A DNA stretch of 63,795 bases, counting the filler, from Pelomyxa schiedti (taxonomy: Eukaryota; Protista; Evosea): NCBI GenBank assembly GCA_020536535.1. It is 13 parts of 13 records of this genome, joined end to end, with 100 filler letters (N's around TTAATTAATTAA, not from the genome) between each part and the next. Parts side by side here need not be neighbours in the genome. Positions count along the whole stretch, not along the records: positions 1 to 13,966 come from JAHLWZ010001178.1; 12 more parts are not named here. The stretch is one strand, 5' to 3'. The notes under the pieces were generated by a model. The model was not told the origin of the DNA and did not search any database. It saw only the letters and a program-made list of their open reading frames with translations. The translations under genes were made by a program, and so were the position numbers. Of the stretch, positions 1 to 9,294 are shown piece after piece (the first letter of the stretch is position 1; each line of letters begins with the position of its first letter).

Positions 1-910
1 GGATGCTGAATCACGTTTTTGTTTATGTCATGCAATTGGGTGCTGAATCACGTTGTGACTGTGAGAATATGCTGAATCACGTTGTGACTGTGAGAATATG
101 CTGAATCACGTTGTGTTGATGCTGAACCACGTTTTTGTTGTGTGATGGCAGTGGGTGCTGAATCACGTTGTGCAATGAGAGTGGGTGCTAATCAAGTTTT
201 GTTTTTGTGATGCTTGTGGGTGCTGAATCACGTTGTGTTATGATGGTGGATGCTGAATCACGTTTTGTGGGTGTAAGTGTGAAAATGGTGATGCTGGTCA
301 TGCTGCTGAGGGCGGGAATTTGCTGATACTGTTTGTTGCTTGCAGGTACTTCCTCCCACCACTTTGTTTTTATTTAATAGTGTTTTATTACAGAGATCTA
401 TTTATGTGCGCCTTTCCTTCCCAGTAATTCGATTCTTTTCCGCGTATTTTTTCCCAAACGAAAAAATTTTGGCCCGACCCTGTAACCCAATGGCGGAGAG
501 GAAAAGGATTGTCTGGTCTGCGATTTCGATCCAAAGCAAGAATGTCCTTTCTTCGCTATTTCTCACAAGTCTTTCCACCACCCACACCATAATACACACA
601 AAACGTGATTCAGCATATTCTCACAGTCACAACGTGATTCAGCACCCACCGCCATTACACAACCAAAACGTGATTCAGCATCCACACCCAATTGCATAAT
701 ACACACAAAACGTGATTCAGCATATTCTCACAGTCACAACGTGATTCAGCATATTCTCACAGTCACAACGTGATTCAGCACCCAATTGCATGACATAAAC
801 AAAAACGTGATTCAGCATCCACTCTCACAACACAACGTGATTCAGCACCCACTGGCATCACACAACAAAAACGTGTCCAGCACCCACCATTACACCACGT
901 GATTCAGCAC
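1..910. repeat. Foldback-like modular inverted repeat: two opposed arrays of a 13-bp core GCTGAATCACGTT
   Basis: About 9 cores on + (5, 42, 71, 100, 121v, 157, 187v, 222, 252) and about 10 reverse-complement cores AACGTGATTCAGC (602-~910), spaced roughly 21-57 bp apart. Bases 1-112 are the exact reverse complement of 709-820. A unique spacer of about 330 bp lies between the arms. The left arm is cut by the window edge. Confidence 0.9.
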
Positions 911-1243
911 CAATCCACATTCCTCGACACCCGACTCGGCAAACAGCTCTATGTGAACACTTTTTATAGGGTCAAATAATCAAGCACTAACAAATAATCA
1001 ATTGTACCTTGTGCAAGTATTTCTTTGGTGTTTGCTCCCATCATCATTGTGGGCGACGTCGTTTCCGATTCGGAATCAAAGAAGGAAAGAGGGAAACAAC
1101 CAACAGTACTAACAACACCGGAATTACCCCCTACACCTACAAATCCAACATTGGCACCAACTGCTGCACCCACACCAAGTGCACAAACAGTGCTGCCAAC
1201 AACAACCCCAACACCGGGCACAACAACCGCTCAACCCTTTTAT

Positions 1244-1330
1244 TGAATAAAATAATCAACAGACCGGAACGCTGTCACGTTATCGTCGCGCAGTACCGGT
1301 GCCAGTCTGGTGTTTTTTTTTATTCAGCCA
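1244..1330. mobile_element. Short MITE-like element with terminal inverted repeats (copy 1)
   Basis: TGAATAAAA...TTTTATTCA ends. The internal sequence ATAATCAACAGACCGGAACGCTGT...CGTTATCGTCGC...GTCTGGTGTTTTTTTT matches the reverse complement of 60494-60590 on another contig. Confidence 0.65.
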
Positions 1331-1331
1331 C

Positions 1332-2462
1332 ATGGACAGGCCGCCGCCTGCGACGCACGTGGCGTGGGCACGAGACCAATTTGTTGCACTTGGCATCGGT
1401 TCGTTCGTGAACCGGTGCGGTGCCTCGAGCCCAGCGCGCGTGCTCAACCACCCCTTGTTGCGCTACGAAATAGGAAGCAAATGGGTCATGCACACAAAAA
1501 CGAGGGTTGTTGCGAAGATGATAGTGTGCAGGGGGAATGCACCCGCGGAGGTCCAGGTGTTCGTGAACGTGGGCGTGTCGCACACGGGCGGGGTCCTGGA
1601 CCTGTGGACTGCTTGCATTCCAGTTGCAAAGATGGAGGTGCGTGGGTGGTTGGGGAGGGGCGAGATGATGATCGACCTGTCGCTGAAGGGGATGGCAGCA
1701 CGCTGGGGCACTTGCAACTTGGATGGACTCACATCCACGGGGTGGTTACCTGCTCCTTGTTCGGGCTGGAAGTGCAGGCGTGGTGCAACGTGGGGGGTTC
1801 TGTATGGGAAGTCTGGCAAGATAATGGTACTGTTCCCTATTCCTAGACCAGGTGGTACAGAAGAATTCGAAATTGTGCCTGTGCCTGTGGGATATTACTT
1901 GGAGTGGGTGGATTTTCTGGAGGAGGGACACGACGACGAGGCTGTGGCATTCGTTCTGCGACAGCCAGAAGTGTGGCACATAGACCTCGCAGCCACATAC
2001 CAGAACACACAGTTCGTTCTCAAGTCCGCATGGCCTTCTGACCGATTCGGCGATCTCAGGCACATAATGCTGCTGTCACGAAGTGGCGAAATGGTAGTCG
2101 CGTCACAATACTCGTCAGTAAACTACATGACAATAGAGCGACCTGCCACTGTGCACGAGTCTAAGAGCAGGGTGACACACAAGGTGGGATGGAGGCACTT
2201 TGCTGAACTTGAGGACAACAACTCCCGCGAGATCAGGGTGTTCTCGACGAGCAATTTCACTACTCCGTGCAGGGTTTTCCGCCTCAACAGCCGCGCCAGG
2301 TTCAAGTTTGAGGGTGGGTTTGTGGCATTGTGGGATTTGGGAGGCAACCACATGGACCTGTGCGACGCAGTCACTGGGTGTTGGTTGTTGAGACAACCAC
2401 TCCCCACTGACTCACACGTCCCCGAACGATCTCGTCACCTCTTTTCTCTGCGAAGATCCTGA
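1332..2462 (+). CDS. Intronless hypothetical protein, expanded 'QFxA-RCG-SPA / DAxTG' family
   Basis: Open ORF from ATG 1332 (MDRPPPATHVAWARDQFVALGIGSFVNRCGASSPARVL...IGSKWV), with C-terminal LCDAVTGCWLL. These motifs are shared with other ORFs in the window. Confidence 0.8.
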   Translation: MDRPPPATHVAWARDQFVALGIGSFVNRCGASSPARVLNHPLLRYEIGSKWVMHTKTRVVAKMIVCRGNAPAEVQVFVNVGVSHTGGVLDLWTACIPVAKMEVRGWLGRGEMMIDLSLKGMAARWGTCNLDGLTSTGWLPAPCSGWKCRRGATWGVLYGKSGKIMVLFPIPRPGGTEEFEIVPVPVGYYLEWVDFLEEGHDDEAVAFVLRQPEVWHIDLAATYQNTQFVLKSAWPSDRFGDLRHIMLLSRSGEMVVASQYSSVNYMTIERPATVHESKSRVTHKVGWRHFAELEDNNSREIRVFSTSNFTTPCRVFRLNSRARFKFEGGFVALWDLGGNHMDLCDAVTGCWLLRQPLPTDSHVPERSRHLFSLRRS

Positions 2463-2696
2463 TGTTTCTAATCAATCGTTGTTTCTGGGACGTTGCGAAA
2501 GTCGGTAAAGCGAACAGCGTTCTCTCTTATTTCAAGAACTTCTAATCCTTTAGGATAGTTCTAACCGTGTGTGGTGATGTCACGGCGACTGCTGATAGAA
2601 CTATAGCCAATCTGAGCCAGTTTGAGTGAGTCTGGGTCTGCTGGATGTGGGTTCTGAAACGGCCTACAAGAGGAGGAAAAGAAAAACACACCTCTG

Positions 2697-4332
2697 TTAT
2701 GGAGACTGGAGAAGGAGGGACATGAGAGATTGCTCGTTGTATTGCTGGTGTTGTAGACTGGTTGGAGGGGTCAGGTCATAGTACTTGAGAACCGGGTGCT
2801 GGAACATGAGGAATCCAAGGCTTCGGTAATAGCTCACAACGCCACACTGTTCATAGGTGCGGATGGCAAGGTGCCGTGATGCAACCTGCTGTGTTACATA
2901 CCGGCCTATTCCGGCACCCCGCGATGCAGTTCCAAGGAATATTCCAACCCGGCGGATATCCTGAAGCTCCAGCACAAGTCCAACTATGTCTGTGTCTGAG
3001 AATACAGGCCGCCGGACTTCAGCTTTGGAGTATGTGTCCGGGTTCCCGATGTCAGTGAGGTGTTTGTCAAACTCAGCATTGACGGTTTGCCATTGGTGTT
3101 CAAGCCTGGGTATTGCGGAATCGGTGAGGCCGAGGAGTGCTCCATGGTGTACAAGGTGTACAGCAAAGTCACCGGCTGTGCAGTTCCCCACTGCAGATTC
3201 TATCTCTGTGGCTTCTTCAACTGTTCCACAGGGAAATGGGAACTGTGTGGATTTGGTGAATTTGCCCCACGGTTGGTGGAAGTGAAGGAACTGTGTGATG
3301 TGGGGATAGCGCTTGTAGAGTAGTTGCTGCACACCAGAGTCAATTGATGACTTGAGTAGGGTGACCTTCGAGAAGTTACACACACGCCGTGTGGGTAAAT
3401 CCACTCTGACTAGCGGGCATTGGTCAGGAGAAACCACAGATTTGTCCACTTGCCTTGGAGTAACACGGAAATAATCTGGCCCACAGAGGGCAGAGACATT
3501 TCCAGAGTTATTGAAGAGAAGATGGCTAGACTGTGCAAACTTGAGAAGGGCGGTGAACCGAGATGAATCTAGATGTTCAGGAAGATTTGTGCCATCGATT
3601 ACAGTCTCGAACCACAGCACTTCCCACCTCTTGAGAACGAAGGTGGATAGGGCTGTTGCTATGGGGGCCGCTTCTTTGAATGGGCCCATGATACCTCCTT
3701 CCGCGGTTACGAAAGTAGCACAGTCATCACGTATATCCATACAGACGGTCATATTGAGCCTTGCAACTCGATTCTGAGTCATAGCGTTGGTCACAGTTTC
3801 GTGCCATTCCATGTGGTTACACTGTGAAAATACCACAATCGCACACTTTGGGCAGGTACTTCTAAGAATTTGTGTAATCTCCGGTACCTAGAAGCGGTTA
3901 TTACTATAACACAAACAAAAAATTATTATTTTTATCAATATCTTATACCAAATAGTTTTGCACAATACCGGAGCTGTGTGAATAAAAATGTCGATTGAGG
4001 ATTCCGCTCTCAGTCTTGTGATCAACGCCGTGGTGTCAGAGCAACTAACAACAGTAACGCCCTGTGTGCACAATTGAGTGGTGTCAACAACGGCCTCGGC
4101 GCATTGTGTATTTGTTGTTCGTATCCATGCCTCAACCACACCTAATATCCACTTTTAATTTTACAGCATTCTCAAGGGGGAAAAAAAAGGGGATTTTCGC
4201 ACTTTGGGACGTCGGCTCCCGCGAATGCAGGCGACGCGCAAGGGCCGACACAACAGCCACCGTTACGTCTCTCGTGCTATCGCCATTATGGGTCGCGTCC
4301 GTTGGCTCCCCAACCGTAACCACCACCCTCAT
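2697..4332 (-). CDS. Fusion protein: degenerate CoaB/Dfp-like domain + class II aldolase/adducin domain + GNAT-like domain (3 exons)
   Basis: Exon 1 from ATG 4332 (MRVVVTVGEPT...ALARRL). GT-AG introns at about 4202-4142 and 3968-3888 keep the frame. Class II aldolase motifs: SGNVS, FLHFH, PCGTVEEA, HLVHHGAL. GNAT acetyl-CoA motif SRGAGIG and YYRSLGF. IDIFIHTAP and ILRSTCPKCAIVVFS resemble CoaB/Dfp. Confidence 0.65.
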
Positions 4333-4391
4333 ATCTCTTGTGGTAAAAGGCGCAGGGTTGAGATTGCTTGTTTCCCCGAAGTGTTGATCGT

Positions 4392-5642
4392 ATGGCGACG
4401 GGCGTAGACTTCGCGGTGTATTTTTGTGATGCTGAATTGCAGTTTGTCGCATTGGCCTGCGCATCTAATGACAGGTGCGGGGCACGGAGCCCAGCGAGGT
4501 TGCTGTGCCATAATCCCGTTTTGCGCGAGCAGTTTGGCCGTGACTGGGTCGTCGGCTGCTGCAGGGAGTACGGCGCCACCATCTGTCTCCAAACAGGCGC
4601 CGAGTACGCGCCATCAGATCAGGAGCCCGTTCACGTGTTCATTGGAGTGAGCGCAATTATGGGCGTGGTGTGGTGCACGTGGGGTGGGATCGATGAAGTT
4701 ATGTGTGATGGGTACAATGGGTTCATTAGTCTGTGGATTCAAAGCTGTGTGGGTAATGACAGGTTCTTCTCGTCAGCATCGTTTCTGTGCGTTATTGACA
4801 GCAACCAGAAGGTGGTGGCAAGGCTGGATGAGATACACTCGTCTAGCTACGATTTTTGGGTTACAAACACAAAGTGGATAGTGAATGTTGAACCGCATGA
4901 GAACAGGCTGGTTGTGTGGGTTACGGACGATGGGGAACCTCTGTCATCCCATGGTGTTGATATCACTGGCGGCAATTTGCCTATGAGGGCGCATGGTGGT
5001 GGGTTCTCTCCGTTTGACCCCGGCAGTGATGAACTAATTCTGGTTGGAAACAGCCGGGACGATGATGGATTCATCTGCTTTGTTGACCTTGTGAGGAGCA
5101 CTGGAACCGGGGTCATGGTGATGAGCAGGGAGAGTGTCAAACTGCCATACGCAAGTCCATGGGACTTGGCTTGGGCTTCACCAAATGCAATCCTCACTGT
5201 GCATAAAGAGCTCTATGACCACATAGTTTACAACACAGCAACAGGTGAAGCGGAAAACTTCTCTTTGAGGAGGTATCACGAGGTTTATGCCATTCCACCT
5301 GGCCTGCACTTTGCCGCTATTTTGCGGAATGATTCTGGCCAGCTTTCATCTTTCTGTGAGGTGTACAGTGCCTCCAACATGAGTCAGCCATTGTATCGAT
5401 ATAAATGCAACCGCGTGCAACATTTTGCACTGACATCCTCATCCAAACAGCTCTGTGTGGTGCAAACCACAACCTGCTCAGGACCAACACAAACAGGAAG
5501 ACGCGGCCCTGCGTCCCCTGCATTTGTTCACGATGCCATCACAGGCACACTATTGATAGAAGTTAGAGTTTCACAACGTTGTGTGGAGCAGAAGGGTGAA
5601 TCCATAGATAGTGAAAATGAAAGAGAAACTGAAAGTGAATAA
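4392..5642 (+). CDS. Intronless hypothetical protein, expanded 'QFxA-RCG-SPA / DAxTG' family
   Basis: ATG 4392, MATG...ELQFVALACASNDRCGARSPARLL...FGRDWVVG; C-terminal VHDAITGTLL. Clear paralog of 54763-55962 (FSPFDPGSDELI vs FSRFDPCSDELV). Confidence 0.85.
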   Translation: MATGVDFAVYFCDAELQFVALACASNDRCGARSPARLLCHNPVLREQFGRDWVVGCCREYGATICLQTGAEYAPSDQEPVHVFIGVSAIMGVVWCTWGGIDEVMCDGYNGFISLWIQSCVGNDRFFSSASFLCVIDSNQKVVARLDEIHSSSYDFWVTNTKWIVNVEPHENRLVVWVTDDGEPLSSHGVDITGGNLPMRAHGGGFSPFDPGSDELILVGNSRDDDGFICFVDLVRSTGTGVMVMSRESVKLPYASPWDLAWASPNAILTVHKELYDHIVYNTATGEAENFSLRRYHEVYAIPPGLHFAAILRNDSGQLSSFCEVYSASNMSQPLYRYKCNRVQHFALTSSSKQLCVVQTTTCSGPTQTGRRGPASPAFVHDAITGTLLIEVRVSQRCVEQKGESIDSENERETESE

Positions 5643-5683
5643 CATTGAGTATTTTATTCGCCCAAGTGAAGCCAAAATAGAAT

Positions 5684-6374
5684 TCATGGTGATGTGCGAT
5701 CGATTTCTCTTACCAACTCAAAGAAGGCACTCTCAACGTTGACAGAAGTCTTTGCAGATGTCTCAAAGAAAGGGCATCCAATGGACTTGGCGAGGTTCTC
5801 ACCTTCTGACCTTGTCACTTGGCGTTCTGCGTCTTCCACATCACATTTGTTCCCACACAGTACAATGGGAACTGTGCCGGCTGGCCGGGAAATGTGGATG
5901 GACTCCCTTGTATGAGTGAGAATGGGTAGAATGTTGTGGTAACACACAGGTAAGAGTTGATTTCTGCAAGTGATTCTCTTGATGTGACAGAGTAAACAAG
6001 AAGGAATCCCTGTGCAGCGGATGTATACAGCTGCCGCATGGCATGGAACTGTTCTGTCCCGGCTGCAAGTTAGTTAGTATCATTCTCCATAAGAAAAGAA
6101 CAAGCAGAGAGATTTACAACCGGTGTCAAGAATATTCAGTCTACACACAGGACAGTTGTCGATTTTAACCTTTTTCTGGTATGAGTTTTCAATAGTTGGA
6201 TCATAACCTGGAAAGAATAAGCGAAAAGGAGAATTACTTCCCCCCGGAAGAATACTAATACTAATTACCCGTAATGAAGGTGTTTTGAACAAACTGCACA
6301 GTCACAGCCGATTTGCCCGATTGCGCCGCACCAAAAACAACCAACTTGTAGTCCTTGGGTGGCCCCTCGTTCAT
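5684..6374 (-). CDS. Ras/Rap-like small GTPase, spliced, no CaaX box
   Basis: [22 protein letters not shown] (G1), YDPTIENSY (G2), LDT(A)GTEQF (G3), GNKCD (G4), FETSAK (G5). Ends [11 protein letters not shown]. Short GT-AG introns. Confidence 0.88.
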
Positions 6375-6451
6375 CTTTTAAAATTTTAGCGTAAAGGGTT
6401 TCGTTAGCGTAAAGGGGAGTTTGAATTTCCCCGTCGTTTCAACCCCATCGG

Positions 6452-7110
6452 TCACAGGGTTTTGACTAGTTCCAAGAAAGCACTATCAACGTTGGTGGGG
6501 GTACTGGCTGATGTCTCAAAGAAAGGGCACCCAATTGATTTGGCTAGGGCAATTCCCTCTTCTGGGGTGACTTGCCGTTCTTCGTCCAGGTCACATTTAT
6601 TCCCACACAAAACAATGGGAATTCTGCCAGCCGGTCTGACCTGGTGAAGCCGGTCCCTGTTTCAAATTAGTGTTGACAATTTAGTAATAATAGTGTGGGG
6701 GGGGGGCAAAAACACAAACTTACACATAAGAATTGACTGCCGAAAAAGATTCTCGCGATGTTATAGAGTAAACAAGGAGGAACCCGTCTCCATCCCTCAT
6801 GTACCCGTCATGCAGGTTGTGTACTTCATCTCGACCACCTTGCACATGTGACACAAGGAGCAATTGGGGGGAATGAAGTACCAATGTCGTGAATATACAG
6901 AGGGCAGCCGGGGCCTGATTTGATGTATGTGTCTTCCTCTGTTGGATCGTATTCTATTGAATGACTGTAAGCATTCCCCTCGTTATGCGTTATACTAAGC
7001 GTTTTGTACAACATACTGTTAATGAAAAAATTCTGGACAAATTGCACAGTCATTGCAGATTTTCCAGTGGCCTGTGCACCAAAAACCACCAACTTTTTCT
7101 TCTCGCTCAT
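6452..7110 (-). CDS. Divergent Ras/Rap-like small GTPase (tandem paralog), spliced, no CaaX box
   Basis: MSEKKKLVVFGAQATGKS, YDPTEEDTY, IHDIG(G)RDE, FLLVYSITSRESF, GNKCDL, FETSAS. Ends ELVKTL* at 6452. Confidence 0.85.
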
Positions 7111-7422
7111 CTCTGTGCTTTGTGTGTCGCTTCAAACAAAATTTATCAGAGATTGATTGATGCGATGTGACATCACTTTCTGGTTTTTGTTACGTTTCGG
7201 CTCTCTGATCAATTCAAAGAAGGCAAGCGATTGTGTGGTTGTGAAAGTTATGGATAATTTTCGTGTTGTGTGCTCCACCGCATACGCGGTAATGATACTC
7301 TTCCATTTGGAGTGATGTTGGTTATGTGGAATGATAATGGGTGGTGCACGACATTTGATAGTGTATTATTGGAAGTAGGTACATTTATTGTGGTGGGTGG
7401 AATGAGCGAGTGCGTGTGTTTC

Positions 7423-8897
7423 TCAGGATAATTCTACGTTGTTTTTGTGGGATTCTGAAAGGTATTGCTGGTAGTGGTCTCGGTTTCCCTCTGTCCACGC
7501 ACTTGAAGACAGACCTAGGTCTATCTTGGGTGTCTCATTGGCTGGAAGCGGCAGTGCCTCGGGTATGTAGGTAAACATGTTGCCAATGAAGAAGAAGAAG
7601 GGTGTGTCCCCGGCCACGCTGAACAGGAAAATGGCACTCGGCACAATTTCGGGGAGCATTATGGCAAAGGATATGAACACCCAATAAACACAGACTTGTT
7701 TGGTCAGAACCAGAATCAGAATTACTAATTTAACCAAGAAGCATAGGGATAATATCGTAGGGATGCCAAGAATCTGTGGATTATTAGTTGGCGGTAATGT
7801 TTAGTGGTCTTACAATTGTTCGTTGAGTCCAAGACCAGTATTTCCGGGTTGTGGTGGCGAGAAATAGTCGTACCCCAAATAAAATGAAGGTGACGCTATA
7901 AAACACCATCACAACAACAGTAATTATGGCCGATATAATGGTTACTTCATCCTCAAGTTCCACTTGGAGGTACCAACACCCATCTGTTGACAGAAAATTG
8001 TTAGCAGGCTTTGGTATTGAGCGGTACTTGCCTTGCGTATTGTTATCCGAAGATTGAGGTATGTGAGAATATGAGCTCGAAGTTCCCGCCCCGCCGGGGT
8101 TTCGTGTTGGGGCTGATGACATGGATCCCAACGTTTTCCATCTCAGGTCTTCTGGTGTTTTTGCAGTCGACAACCCAATCACCATCAAAACAAATAAAGC
8201 TATTACGACTACACTTGTAACAGCAACCATAAGTATACGCATTTGCCAGGAGAGGTGCTCATAGTCAAAATCTGCCTTATTTTAGACTAAAAAAGGGTTG
8301 TGGTAAAGTACTGATGCGAACAGCATTCCGCAATGTAGATTTCATCCCCACCAGTGTGGAAACGGCTTGAATCCTTTTTGTATTATTATTTATTTATTGT
8401 AACCAACTAACTGGAGTAGTTCAGATTACCAGGTAAAGCACAGGTCAGTATAGAGTATAATAAATAACATCTGACAAAATCTATTGAGGAGGTAGTTTGC
8501 CCGACTCAACTCCATGGATGGCATCGCCGGATCTCCCTTCATAGGTGTAAATAGCTGCACACCGAGCCAGGCCAACCTAGCTTTGGTTGGGTTATTTAAA
8601 TAACACGCAGAATAGAACTAATCATTAACTTAATTAAAAGTTTGATATTTATTCCTGCGAAAAAACCCAATTACGAGGCTGTAATATTCATACCTGAGTG
8701 AGTGAGGGAGGGAGTCACATACCTAGGAGGAACCCAATTTGCAGCACATAGAACAACTTTAGCAGGCGGCTGGAGACAGGAAGCTTCTTTACCACGCGGT
8801 GCACAATGTGACCAACCACACACCCCAGAAGCAAGCTGTACATCACCAGCCCAACGCTCACTGGCACCAACTTGGACACCTGGTCCGTGATAAACAT
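7423..8897 (-). CDS. Multi-pass membrane protein, possibly TOM1/THH1/GPR137-like, spliced
   Basis: Several hydrophobic helices across exons (VSVGLVMYSLLLGCVV; FIILYTDLCFTW; IISAIITVVVMVFYSVTFILFGVRL; VYWVFISFAIMLPEIVPSAIFLF). The family assignment comes from motif resemblance only. Confidence 0.5.
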
Positions 8898-9294
8898 ACT
8901 GACTTTCTCTCTCTCTCAACAGAGCGCGCCCTTGTGTGTGTGTGTTGTGTAGTTGTTGGTGATTACGACCACCTGTGGTACAGGCGCCAATGAATAGATA
9001 TAGCTTGATTGTTGCTCCCCTCAACCAACCAACACGCCTGACAACAACCCCAAGCAAACTTGTAGCGAAATGTCAAACGATCTTTGTTTACCAAAAGCGG
9101 ACAATTTCCAGATCATCAAGCTGGGAGAACAGATTGACAACACAACCACACAAGCCACTGAGCACAGTCGCTATGCGCAGCCCGTCTCTCCACTGGTCCC
9201 GACTTCTGAGTGCCAGGGACTGGCCGGGCTTCGTCTAACTCTCTTGTTTTTTTTCATTCGAAAACACAATTCGTTCGAAGCAAGCAATACGGCG

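Noticed and set aside
1-910. CRISPR array
   Set aside because: The core is only 13 bp, the spacers are related and sometimes duplicated, the arrays are inverted, there are no cas genes, and the genome is eukaryotic.
1025-1246. Pro/Thr-rich short ORF as a gene
   Set aside because: It has no ATG start or supported upstream exon and is wedged between two repeat elements; possibly a relic.
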